Assembly (NCBI GenBank): GCA_951406725.2
Contig: OX597830.1
Location: 64,356,001-64,420,000 of the forward strand
Length of the DNA: 64,000 nucleotides
Source: Octopus vulgaris
Lineage: Eukaryota
Direction of reading: 5' to 3'
Below are positions 29,598 through 41,508 of this stretch, in pieces. Each line of letters starts with the position of its first letter. The first letter of the stretch is position 1. The notes beneath the pieces are model-generated. The model had not been told where the DNA came from and made no database searches. It saw only the letters and a program-made list of their open reading frames with translations. The translations under genes were made by a program, and so were the position numbers.

Positions 29598-29645
29598 ATT
29601 TTACATGTTTCGGTTCTTCTCGAAAAAGCGAACCTTATCAAAAAT
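29598..29645 (-). ncRNA. Minimal hammerhead with U3-A8 core (UUGAUAA)
   Basis: Minus strand reads attt-TTGATAA-ggttc-...-gaacc-GAAA-catg-TA-aaat. Confidence 0.68.
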
Positions 29646-29686
29646 ATTTTAAAAAGTTAAGTGTAATTAAAAAGTTCATAATTGTT

Positions 29687-29756
<70 letters not shown>

Positions 29757-30571
29757 AGAATATATCTTTTATAAGATTAATTCCGAAACTGATTCAATAT
29801 AGAGTTTCAATTTTCCTGTAACAAGTGGATTATAAGTGGATAAATCAGTGTATTGGCTTTAGAATAACCCACTTTAGCCCTTAATTATATGATATATATA
29901 TATATATATATATCGTAAATATACCATGTAGTCACAACAAAACACACGCCTACAAACTTACACTTTACACATAAAGCTCCTATATGTATGTGTGTGCATG
30001 TGTATATGTCTGTGCGTGTGTGTGTGTCAAAGTGTATATAATCAGGCCTATTGTGTAAGCAGTCTGGTGTTAGTAAATTACAAAATAGAGGAAAAAGAGT
30101 GTGTGTATGAGAGAGAGAGACGGGAAAAAGAGAGACACATAGTAAAAGCGGGATGGAGAGAGAGAGAGAGAGAGGGGGGAGAAATAGGTAAATATAAATA
30201 GGAGAAAAGAGTGAGAGAGTAGGAGGGTCGAAATGGTGGTGGTGGTGGCGGCTTTGATATTTCTGTGTCTTTGTGAAAAGCAACGAAGACAATCACTAAG
30301 AACATTTAAAGACTTGTGAACCGGATAACCTCCAGCTTATAGAGCTTGTGTGTGTGTATGAGTGTGTGTATGAGTGTGTGTGTGCGTGTGTGTACGTCTT
30401 CTCGCATATGTGTGTTTGTAGACGTGTGTGAATGTGAGTGTCTGAGTGTTTTAAGGTGTGGGATTGTATGCGGTTGCGTAGATATGCGTGTGTGTGAATG
30501 TATGTGCACGTGTTTTTGTGTGTGTCCGTGTGTGTGTGTGTGCGCGTGTAATGAATGTTTGTGTATGAGCG

Positions 30572-30612
<41 letters not shown>

Positions 30613-30763
30613 GTATATATATGTCTGTGGATGTGTGTTTATATATATATATATGTATATATGTGTGTGTGTATATATATATATAAGTTGATTTAGACAA
30701 CTAGACCAGACAATGTTGCCTTGCGGCAACAGCAACAGGTGGGGCAGCAGCAGCAGCAGTAGC

Positions 30764-30841
<78 letters not shown>

Positions 30842-31156
30842 GGTAGCACATGAGGGTTGGCTCCAACGAGACAAACTTGTAACACGCATAAAGACACACA
30901 CACACACACGTGTTTGTTAAGACACACACACGTGTTTGTTAAGACACACACGCACACACACACGTGTGTGCGTGTGTATGTGTTACAAGTTTATATATAC
31001 AGTAGTAATAATAGGCATCTGTCGGTCTTGAAATATATACATAGATAGAATAAGTACTAGAATAATACAAAGAATAAGTCCTGGAGCCGATATGCTCAAC
31101 TGAAGGTGGTGCTCCAACATGGCCGCAGTCAAATGACTGAAACAAGTAAAAGTGTA

Positions 31157-31202
<46 letters not shown>

Positions 31203-31294
31203 AGGTGGTGCTATTAAGTTAGACATGGCCTGGGCCAATAATGGCCGAAACCTATCAAAGTATCAAAGTATCAAAGTATATATATATATATATA

Positions 31295-31329
<35 letters not shown>

Positions 31330-31691
31330 TAATCAAAATAAAAACATGATGCTAAGGATTCAGCGGTACATATGTTTCGGGCCTTTATTAGACGGATTTA
31401 TAACAATGCATAATGTGTGTCTATGGCCTTCTTCAGCCGCGCACAATTACTACCCCAAGGACATGTATTACATCAAAAATTCTACGTTGGGGATGCAAAT
31501 CCTCTCATTCGCGTACGACATAATGCGGCAGCAGCACAAAAATGAAGCGTCCAAAGTAAGATGTGGCAGAGCACGTTCCAGGCCGATATATGATAGTGAT
31601 GGGAGTCGGCCCGACTAGAGAGAGGAGGAAGGCGAGCAGTCGGGATATTTGGAGAAGGTTCCTGGTCAGTTGTGCAGATAGTATTGGATGG

Positions 31692-31696
<5 letters not shown>
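31330..31696 (-). mobile_element. Solo PLE pseudo-LTR fragment of a different family, between (TA)n arrays
   Basis: Carries the 31363-31440 hammerhead and a possible decayed second one near 31483-31515. Not visibly homologous to the 35 kb pseudo-LTR. Confidence 0.55.
31363..31440 (-). ncRNA. Minimal type I hammerhead with canonical core and extended stem II
   Basis: Minus strand reads gcgg-CTGAAGA-a-ggcc-a-tagac...gtcta-ataaa-ggcc-c-GAAA-catatg(palindrome)-TA-ccgc. Confidence 0.82.
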
Positions 31697-31769
<73 letters not shown>

Positions 31770-31938
31770 CGGTAAAGACACCAGAACTCCGAGAAATAGC
31801 ATTAAAAGTGGACAACCTCACCAACGCAACATACACCAGAACACGTGGCAACATGAACACCCGTTTCACCACGAATCGAAGACGAACTACGGTAAGAACT
31901 CTTCCCATTTTGTATGCAAACACCCTAATGCACACAAC

Positions 31939-34572
31939 ATGAACAAAAAGCACAAACAAAATAGATATTGTTTTGAACAAACCATTAGCAGTAGAAATAA
32001 CAGGAGATCATTTTCAAGACCTCAACAGAGATTACCCACAAGAAACTGGACAAAAAACCGATCTAGATCTAGAAGTAAACCCAGATCATTTCTCCAGGTG
32101 GTTAAAAACAATGCTAACAAGAAATTGAAAAGTAGCATACATAATACCAAAAACAAGACAGAAAACATAACGAAACCAAGTAAAGTACCACAACCAAAAC
32201 GCAAAATTCATCAAGCAAACATCAACAGGAATATAAATCATAACCAGAAAAAAATCCATTTTTTTACGTCAGGACAACAAACACCGGAGAAAGAAAAAAA
32301 TCCAAGAGGAAACATACCCCAAACAACTGAACGTATAGATCCTAAAATAATTAATTTATCAAAAAGAGATCTTGACAATGATGAAATCCAACTTCTGTCA
32401 AAAGGACTGAAATTCACACCTACACCAACAGCCAACCACCAAGAATTAAAGGAGGATATCCAAAAATTCTGTCGAAAATTACGACTTGTAGAATTCTTCG
32501 CTAACAAAAGTAATGAGATTGATGAATCCCTAGTAAGGAATAAATCAAATTTCACCCCACCAAAAGGAAGAAATAACTACCTTGACCAATACATTGATAT
32601 CCTGTCTAAATTTCCCCTTAGACGCAATACCAATGTTAGGCCAAACATTAGCAAATCAGAGATGTCTGCATGTAAACGTATACAAAACGATCAAACAATA
32701 ATAATTAAACAAGCAGATAAAGGTGGTGCAATTGTTATTATGGATACCGAATACTATAAGGATTTGGTTGAAGACCAACTGAAGGATACAACCTTCTATT
32801 GTGAAATACCCGCAAATATAGACCACCACATCATGAAAAAGATCAACAACCTGATTTCAACACACCACAACTCACTTACGGATAATGAAAAAGACTACAT
32901 CACCAATTTTGAACCAAAACCCAGCAACTTCTACGGCTTACCAAAAATACACAAATCAAAAAACATTCAACAGGCAGTAAAAGAACAAGAAAGTGAGTAC
33001 ATAAAATTATTACATCCAAAAGACCTAAAACTTAGACCTATTATAGCTGGTCCAGCATGCCCTACACACCGTCTAAGCAATTTTATTGACATTGTTTTGA
33101 AACCACTATGTACTTACATACCAAGTTTCATCAGGGATGACATCGACTTCCTGTCCCATCTTCCCAAAACAACAGAAACAAATTCAGTTTTGCTAAGTTT
33201 TGATGTGGTAAGCCTCTACACCAATATTCCACACGATTTAGGAATAAAGGCGATTAAATACTGGTTAGAAAAACATAGAGAAGTGATTCCCAGCAGATTC
33301 ACAGTGGCATTTATATTAGACACAGTCAAACTTATTCTAGAAAATAACACATTCTTCTTCAATGGAAAGAATTACATCCAAATTAGAGGCACGGCGATGG
33401 GAACGAGGTTTGCTCCCGTTTACGCCAACTCTGTAATGGGATACTTAGAAGAACAACTCTACCAAGAGGTGGAGGTAAACTATGGCACTGGATTTAGAAA
33501 GTATATTGAAAAGGCATGGAAGAGATACCTAGACGACTGTTTCATAATCTGGACAGAATCTCTAAATACTCTGGAAGAGTTCAATATCCTCCTGAACAAC
33601 CTACACCCATCTCTCAAATTTACAAAGGAGATGAGTAGTACCAAATTACCATTCCTGGATATAATGGTAATTAAAAATGACACCACCATCACCACAGATA
33701 TATACTATAAACACACAGACACACATCAATACCTAAATTTTAAGTCGTGCCATCCACCACATACAAAACGTAACATCCCATACTGCCTAGCCAGAAGAAT
33801 TTGTACTATTGTAGAAGATGCAAATATCAGGAACAAACGCCTAATAGAACTAAGAGAATTTTTGCTCAAACAAAAATACCCATCTCTACTTATAGAAAAT
33901 GGCATACAGCGGGCTATAAAAATACCTATACAACAACTTAGGACAACCCAAGGAAGAGGAAAACAAGAACAAGTCATACCATTCATAGTGACACACAACC
34001 CATGTCACCAGAATATCTTCAACATTGCCAAAGCAAACCTTCCAATCATTGCCCAAAGTAATGAATTAAAAGACATAATCAAGGATCGAGCTATGGTGCT
34101 TAGTAAAAGACAGCCTAAAAACTTGAAAACATTACTAACAAAGGCAAAATTTGACCTCAGCAACAAAGACCAAACATTCACGGTATCTAAATGCAATGAT
34201 AGCCGATGTGGCACATGCCAATTCATACATACCGGTCAATATATAAACACAAAAACCGGGAAAATATTCACAAACGCGAATATGAACTGCAAAAGCAGAA
34301 ATTTAATTTACTGCATCAAATGCCCAAATTGTGAAGAAATATATGTAGGTCAGACGGGAAACGCACTATTAGAACGCTCACGTGTACACCGGCAACAGAT
34401 TAGAGACCCAGAGGTCCGTCAGATACCTTTGAGTAACCACCTAGCAACATGTGGTCGGAAAATATATATAATATTTCCATTCTACAAATTACACAGCCCA
34501 AGTGAAATCGAGAGGAAAATCAGAGAAAAGAATTTTATTGATAAATTCGAACCCAAACTAAATAAGCAATAA
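31939..34572 (+). CDS. PLE reverse transcriptase-GIY-YIG endonuclease ORF (first ATG at 31939, about 877 aa; frame is open from the (TA)n junction)
   Basis: Motifs IINLS, LLSKGLKF, ADKG, GLPKIHK, RPII, SFDVVSLYTNIP, GTAMGTRFAP, RYLDD, FLD, Cx4Cx2C knuckle (CNDSRCGTC) and NLIYCIKCPNC..IYVGQT..ER..H...H (GIY-YIG with CCHH). No stops or frameshifts. Confidence 0.93.
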   Translation: MNKKHKQNRYCFEQTISSRNNRRSFSRPQQRLPTRNWTKNRSRSRSKPRSFLQVVKNNANKKLKSSIHNTKNKTENITKPSKVPQPKRKIHQANINRNINHNQKKIHFFTSGQQTPEKEKNPRGNIPQTTERIDPKIINLSKRDLDNDEIQLLSKGLKFTPTPTANHQELKEDIQKFCRKLRLVEFFANKSNEIDESLVRNKSNFTPPKGRNNYLDQYIDILSKFPLRRNTNVRPNISKSEMSACKRIQNDQTIIIKQADKGGAIVIMDTEYYKDLVEDQLKDTTFYCEIPANIDHHIMKKINNLISTHHNSLTDNEKDYITNFEPKPSNFYGLPKIHKSKNIQQAVKEQESEYIKLLHPKDLKLRPIIAGPACPTHRLSNFIDIVLKPLCTYIPSFIRDDIDFLSHLPKTTETNSVLLSFDVVSLYTNIPHDLGIKAIKYWLEKHREVIPSRFTVAFILDTVKLILENNTFFFNGKNYIQIRGTAMGTRFAPVYANSVMGYLEEQLYQEVEVNYGTGFRKYIEKAWKRYLDDCFIIWTESLNTLEEFNILLNNLHPSLKFTKEMSSTKLPFLDIMVIKNDTTITTDIYYKHTDTHQYLNFKSCHPPHTKRNIPYCLARRICTIVEDANIRNKRLIELREFLLKQKYPSLLIENGIQRAIKIPIQQLRTTQGRGKQEQVIPFIVTHNPCHQNIFNIAKANLPIIAQSNELKDIIKDRAMVLSKRQPKNLKTLLTKAKFDLSNKDQTFTVSKCNDSRCGTCQFIHTGQYINTKTGKIFTNANMNCKSRNLIYCIKCPNCEEIYVGQTGNALLERSRVHRQQIRDPEVRQIPLSNHLATCGRKIYIIFPFYKLHSPSEIERKIREKNFIDKFEPKLNKQ

Positions 34573-34887
34573 TAATAATACTTAGAGGTATTACTTCCAC
34601 TGCTACGACCATGACCACTAACAACAACAACAATACTAAAGGTGATCAAGACGAAGATAGCAGGAAAATTATCTTATTTAGGGTTAAAAGTTCTATTGCC
34701 ACCACCATCACCACTAGCAACAATAATTAAGGTGCTGACAATGATGATGATGACAATTGAAATATAAAAATATAAAAATCTCTGACAAAGGATATTTACA
34801 ACATTTCTAAAAATAACCCAACAATTGCTGCTTCGGCCAGGGTCAAGATACAGGACTCTTGACCTGTCCAACAAAGCGTGATGCCTA

Positions 34888-35003
34888 AACCAATCAGCTC
34901 AACCAACCAATCAGCTTAAGTAATTGAGTGATACTACACACTGATTGGTCAGAATACAGTTTGCAAAACCTAGCACTCTGGAGCCTACCCAGCTGTATTT
35001 ATA
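34888..35003 (+). promoter_or_regulatory. Candidate Pol II promoter in the PLE pseudo-LTR
   Basis: CCAATCAG at about 34890 and 34907, reverse CCAAT (ATTGG) at 34944, TATTTATA at 34996-35003, about 65 nt upstream of the hammerhead. Confidence 0.55.
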
Positions 35004-35066
35004 GCACAGAATCACTCATCTTGCTACAGTCAAAAATTGTGAAGCATGACTGTCAACACTACTACA

Positions 35067-35111
35067 TGAACCCGAAGATTGCAGAATTCAATGCATGAAA
35101 GTACTAGTTCA
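35067..35111 (+). ncRNA. Minimal type I hammerhead ribozyme of the PLE pseudo-LTR (U4C core variant)
   Basis: tgaac-CCGAAGA-t-tgca..tgca-t-GAAA-gtac(palindrome)-TA-gttca; stem I is 5 bp perfect. Confidence 0.75.
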
Positions 35112-35275
35112 ATCAGAATGAATATTTAACATTCTACTATTTCATTTTATTTTACTCAATTATAATATATTATCTTATAATATATCATTATAAGATTGTA
35201 AATAAAACGTGAAAATCAGACAAGGTTGGAATTCTTTTTATTAATATATTCTTCTATACACAATCACACACACCC

Positions 35276-35307
<32 letters not shown>

Positions 35308-35345
35308 TTCTAACTATATCTATCTATACATAAGCACCTATATAC

Positions 35346-35395
<50 letters not shown>

Positions 35396-35451
35396 TATAT
35401 TATATACACACATATATATATATATATTATATACACATATATATATTATAT

Positions 35452-35890
35452 ACATGATGATGATGACCGTCCACTCGTGACCGAGGAAGACCATTGCCGA
35501 CCTTCAGGATTATTGTGCGCTCTAGGACCAACTTATATTTTGCATTTGCGGCTCTGTTGGTGGCTAATGTGCCCTGCTCTTGACAAGCATACACGACTGC
35601 AAACTTTGGAAACCAAGCTATCCCCATTCACTACTCCAGCAGTTCGCTACTGAGCAGCACTCTTATGTTCTTCATGCAGAATACGTGCTCTCTCAAAAGT
35701 GTTGACTCCCCCTTTAACCTGCATTCCATTTTTTTCTCTAAAACGAACAAGTGTCTTTGTGACAGAAGCATCTGTGTCATTTATGACTTGACCAATCGTA
35801 TCTCTGTAAACTGTTGATTTTCTTTCAACTGAACTCTTTGTCTCTTCTCCTCGGAGACTTTCTCCCTGATAATGTTTAACTGACATATGC
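35452..35890 (-). mobile_element. RTE-clade LINE 3' end, decayed
   Basis: ..GVNTFERARI...VCSRVCLSRAGHISHQQSRKC (decayed C2H2 knuckle), short 3' UTR and (CAT)n tail. Confidence 0.75.
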
Positions 35891-36159
35891 AGGTGATGTA
35901 GGAAGAAGCTTAGCCATGTATTTGCTTACGGCTGGTGATTACATGCGCGAGATGCCGCAAGCATTTTGCGCGGCGTATTAACGATTCAGCCAGCTCACAA
36001 AATATATTGAGTATAACCAGCCGAAACTGCAAAGATAATCTGGTGCTCGACTGACGAAAGAGGACTCCGAATGACCTATCCTTGCTTTTTCTTGTCCCTT
36101 GTATCATCTAGATGTCTGGATGCCTTGTTGCCTGTTGCGATCTTGTCCCAATTTTTGTA

Positions 36160-36238
<79 letters not shown>

Positions 36239-36334
36239 TGTGTGTGTGTATGTGATTGTAATATTGAAGATGGTATCTATCTTAGATAGTGATAGCCTCC
36301 CACGTCAAGCGTGCGACTGTATATATCCAGTGCC

Positions 36335-36475
36335 GTATGTATGTATGTATGTATGTATGTATGTATGCATGTATGTATGTATGTATGTATGTATGTATGT
36401 ATGTATGTATGTATGTATGTATGTATGTATGTATGTATGTATGTATGTATGTATGTATGTATGTATGTATGTATG

Positions 36476-36506
<31 letters not shown>

Positions 36507-36878
36507 GTATGTGTGTATGTATGTATGTATGCATGTATGTATGTATGTATGCATGTATGTATGTATGTATGTATGTATCTATGGATGTATGTATGTATGT
36601 ATGTATGTATGTATGTATGTATGTATGTATGTATGTATGTATGTATCTATGGATGTATGTATGTATGCATGTATGTATGTATGTATGTATGTATGTATGT
36701 ATGTATGTATGCATGCATGTATGTATGTATGTATGTATGTATGTATGTATGTATGTATGTATGTATGTATGTATGTATGTATGTATGTGTGTATGTATGT
36801 ATGTGTGTATGTATGTATGTATGTATGTATGTATGTGTGTGTGTATGTATGCATGCGTGTATGTGCATATGTATGTAT
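36335..36878. repeat. Long (ATGT)n tetranucleotide array
   Basis: Direct reading. Confidence 0.95.
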
Positions 36879-37156
36879 AAACCATAAAAATCTAGGAGGT
36901 ATGAGAGCTGAGTATATTAATTTAACCACTTCTCATCCTTGGGATTTACGGTCATTTTGCAGCTTTCATCATGTAATAATAATAACAATTTCCGTGTATA
37001 ATAAATTATGTAAACATTATTTATTACACACTGAAATTATTATTACATAAAGAAACCTATTTACTTATATATGCATATATACATACACATATACACACAT
37101 AGATGTACATATATTTATGTTTGTGTGAGTGCATACATACACATCCATCCAACCAC

Positions 37157-37194
<38 letters not shown>

Positions 37195-37367
37195 ATATAT
37201 AATGTGTACGCATTGAGTCGAGCCAGGGGCAGCTGATGAAGGGGAATATTCCTTGTATTGTTTGTCTTGTACTCTGTTTTTTCGTTGTTAAAAAAAGTCT
37301 GTTTCCTTGTTTGTTTTTTATGTTTTCGTTTCTCGTTGTGCTCTACGTTTATTTGTGGTGTCCTGTA

Positions 37368-37413
<46 letters not shown>

Positions 37414-37541
37414 TGTATATATAAATATAGATGTATGTATGTACATATATGTATGTATGTATGCATATGTTTTATTTGTTAAATTGTTATTATATGACTG
37501 AACGCCTCGCGTCGCTTCTTATCCTCCAAGTAAGTTTTTAT

Positions 37542-37579
<38 letters not shown>

Positions 37580-38609
37580 TACGTATATATATATATATAT
37601 GTGCGTGTATATGTGTGTGTGAGAGAGAGGGAGAGAGGGGGATAGGGGGATAGAGAGGGGGATAGAGGGAGAGAGAGAGTGAGTGTATATGTGTGTGTTT
37701 CTGCAACGGCTTGACAACTGGTGTTGATATGTTTACGTCCACTGTAACTTAGCGTTACAGACACCGATAGAATAAGTATATATATATTCATACATACATA
37801 CATACATATATATATATATATATCAGTATGTATATACATGTATATAATGTGTGTATGTATGTATGTGCGCATAAGTGTATATTAGTCAGTCCAAGGCTAT
37901 ATACAATAGCAGACATTTGCCCCAGGTCTCACGCACACGCAGAGGCACTGAATCCAAAAATCATGTACTGTAGTTGCAAAGCGAACTACTTCACCATTCA
38001 ACCATATTCACCCCCACCTTCCTTCCTGTTCCCCCACTTGTATCAGTAACAGTCTTCGTAACAATTTTCCGTTTAACGAATTCATCATAAAAATTATTGG
38101 CCAACTTGAGCTAACCTTAGAATGCTTCTTCTCCAAGACATTCCGTTGTAGGTGTGAACTTGAAACCACTTCATTGCGAAGCGAACTACTTAACTACACA
38201 ACAACGCCTGCGTGTAAAATGTGTTTGCAGATGTGTATATAGAAATCCCATTCAGCGATAAGCCATCCCCAAGCCATTCCCAAAACCTTGCGAAAGACAC
38301 TTAAAATGGTACGATTGATGACACCGTAACAAAATCCAAGGCAAGGATGTGCAAATGTCACAAGTTATAACATCTGTCACATCTAAGCTATCGTATGCTT
38401 TACAAATGCTCGTAAACACACATGAAATGTCTCAATGGAAAGTGTTTATACACCCACTGTGAAGATGGGGGAGCCGGGTCGAAGCAAACAAAATGATAAT
38501 ACTTAAAAGTTAAAATAATAGCAAAATAGATGAGGAAAACTGCTAGCATGTATGGTTCCTTTTTTTGATTTTTTTTTTTGACTTGTCGCAGCTAATATTA
38601 TATAATGCT

Positions 38610-38653
<44 letters not shown>

Positions 38654-38689
38654 GCACACACGCACACACATGCACACGCACACACATAT

Positions 38690-39480
38690 CAGAGAGTACA
38701 GTATAACAACGAACATAGCAGATTGTATAAGGAATAATACACGCCCAGCAGATAGTATATCAACACTATACATCTTACATCAGTTAGTTTTTCAATACTA
38801 TACACCCAACATATAGTATAGCAATACAATACCGATCATAGATAGCATATCAAATTTATATACACAAAAGATCAATACAACACCCAGCAAGTAGTATATC
38901 TATACTATACACACGGCAGCTAGTATATCATCCTTATACACACAGGAGATAGTATATACACACGATAGTATATACACAAGCATCAACACACGATATACCT
39001 TGCATTAGCACTATACACACGGAGAGTATTCTCGACATTATATACACCTCAGGATGTATATAACACAACTCACCCAATATCAACTCACATTGCGCTCCCG
39101 ATTGTACATCCTTACTGTACGCACCAGATAGTTGTATATCAGTGCATCAACTCATTGCAAATACCAGACAGTACATTAATATTATACACACACCATATAA
39201 CACATCAGTCCTATACACGCCCGTAAGTACATCAGCAGTATATACACATCAAGTGGAACAACCAAGCTATACACAGTATGTGCCATGTTACAGTAATGGT
39301 ATGATATAATACTCTATTATTCCGCATATCAGACAGTACAGAAACCAAACAGTATATAAATAGTATAGAGACTAGATCGTAAATCACTATCACGCACAGC
39401 ATATATTAAACATTCGCATGCTCGTCGTAGAACATCTACTAACACAATATGACATCTGTATATACAGCAGAAATATTTTA
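38690..39480. repeat. Old degenerate minisatellite, unit about 29 bp
   Basis: Recurrent TATACACACAGCAGATAGTATATCAACAC-like units. Confidence 0.72.
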
Positions 39481-39502
39481 CACGTTCTTTCTTCGTTATC
39501 CC

Positions 39503-39577
39503 CCGAAGACGTTTCGATCCAATTTTACAGATAAAAATTAGTTTGTCTGTAGGAACAGTTATCTTTCATTAGTTAGG
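39503..39577 (-). ncRNA. Decayed hammerhead with long stem II (G5A)
   Basis: Minus strand reads cctaa-CTAATGA-aa-gat...tacaga..tctgta...atc-GAAA-cg-TC-ttcgg. Confidence 0.5.
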
Positions 39578-40270
39578 AACGCAATATTTTGTGCAGACGC
39601 TTTGTAAGGAATAAGTATAATCTGAATAATATTAGTGCCGAAGTTCATATATAATCTCAAGAGTTATTTTAAACTGTAGTTCTAGGCTACGTCAAATAGT
39701 TGAAGGATTTGTTTGCAATTCATGTGTAAATTGTGTACATATTTCCATAATTTAATATTAGAATATGTAGAATTTTGATTTAAATTTGAATGCTGTCTTT
39801 CGCAGTCTGATTTATGCATAACTTGGCTAGAATTGCGTTCTTTCTTCGCTTTCCCCTGATTTTAGGCTTACAAAATGGCATGCTTACAGAAACAACTATC
39901 TGCCGGGAATCACGTTCGTGATTTCGGATGTATGCAGACACGCGTACATGTAGATGTTACACACGCGCACACATATGTATCTATGTGTGTAGGTATGTGT
40001 GTGTGTATATATATATATATTTATATAAACATGTGCATATATTTATATATATATTTATAGAAATATGTGCACGTATATATATATGTGTGTGTGTGTGTAA
40101 GTGTTTGTTCCCCCAATATCGCTTGACAACCGATGCTGGTGTGTTAACGTCCCCGTAATTTGGCACTTCGGGAAAAGAGACCGATAGAATAAGTACTAAA
40201 GGCGGTGTTCCAACATGTCCACAGTGAAATGACTGAAGCAAGTAAAAGAAACAATAAAGGAATCTCTCAG

Positions 40271-40324
<54 letters not shown>

Positions 40325-40402
40325 TCAGTCAGTGTTTCCTATGGTGTTCTCTATAAAACTAAAAAGGCAAGTTATGTTTTTAACCCTCGGCGACGGGGTA
40401 AT

Positions 40403-40450
40403 GGTCACTGATGAAGATTAATCAAATCTAAAATCAACGCTGATATGACT
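40403..40450 (+). ncRNA. Full type I hammerhead with all three stems paired and a single core change (G12A)
   Basis: ggtca-CTGATGA-agatt-aatca-aatct-AAAA-tca-acgc-tga-TA-tgact. Confidence 0.75.
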
Positions 40451-40941
40451 CCATCTCGCTTGCCGTAGAGAGGGGGCTTATCTCCCTTGTCAGTCGTTAG
40501 AAAGGTGCTCTCACGTGCCTAAGAGTTGTTTTGGCTCTTATTTCTAGCAATGCTAGCGCTGACTAGCACCCTCTGTCATTTTAGTGACGACTGTACTTGC
40601 GATATTCGGTGGTAAATTGCAAATAGTCACCATGATTTATGTGTGTTTATGAGCACGTCATATACTTTCATTTTGTAAGTGTTCTGCACACCCACGCACA
40701 CGCACACGCACACGCCCGCATGCACAGACACACACAGACATGACACACATTGCTCTTCCACTCTCCTTTTTTTTTCTTTTTTTACCTTACCTTTCAGGCT
40801 CTTCTTTTCTCATTCACTCATTGCTTCATCCCTCTCCTCACCACCTCCCTCTCCATTTCCACGCGGGAAATCTAAATAAAAAAAATGCTAAATTTGCTGA
40901 CGAGAGTGTCTAGACTCTCCAAATACTTTTAGATACACATG

Positions 40942-41014
<73 letters not shown>

Positions 41015-41508
41015 GCACACACGCACACTCAGTTACATACACACACAATCACTCTAACAAATCCATTCACACAAACATGTTTCACACACACGGATATGCA
41101 TGTCTACATACATACACATACATACATACATACATACACATACATACATACATACATACATACATACATACATACATACTTACATACATACATACGCACA
41201 GGTAAGCTGATACCTAGACAGTTTCGTAGATAAATAATTATATATAATCAGTTACATTCTATGATTAGTTACATATATAATTAATGTATATATTTATGCA
41301 TTTAATTATGTACTCACTCAAATATATATATATATGCATGTATGTATGTATGTATGTATGTATGTATGTATGTATGTATGTATGTATACACCTAAAATCT
41401 CGTGTAATTATAAATACGTACTACATCAACGTATACACACGTGTGCGTGTGTGTGTGTATGTGAGTGTATATTCACAAACCTCGCCCCACATATTTATAT
41501 ATTTGATT

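Larger units (their letters stand above)
31768..35160 (+). mobile_element. Penelope-like retroelement (Naiad/Neptune-type architecture), probably 5'-truncated, starting at a (TA)n array
   Basis: RT + C-terminal GIY-YIG ORF followed by a 3' pseudo-LTR with promoter motifs and a hammerhead. Begins directly after (TA)n 31697-31767. The 3' boundary is approximate. Confidence 0.92.

Noticed and set aside
31672-31767. N-terminal MQIVLDGLIYIYI... of the 966-aa ORF
   Set aside because: Read-through across (TA)n from a non-ATG codon in a neighbouring insert; not part of the PLE protein.
31939-35060. Selenocysteine-encoding Naiad with SECIS
   Set aside because: No in-frame TGA in the ORF and no convincing SECIS helix seen in the 3' region.
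40897-40925. CTGACGA followed by a gagt/actc hairpin
   Set aside because: No GAAA and no stems I or III; may be chance.
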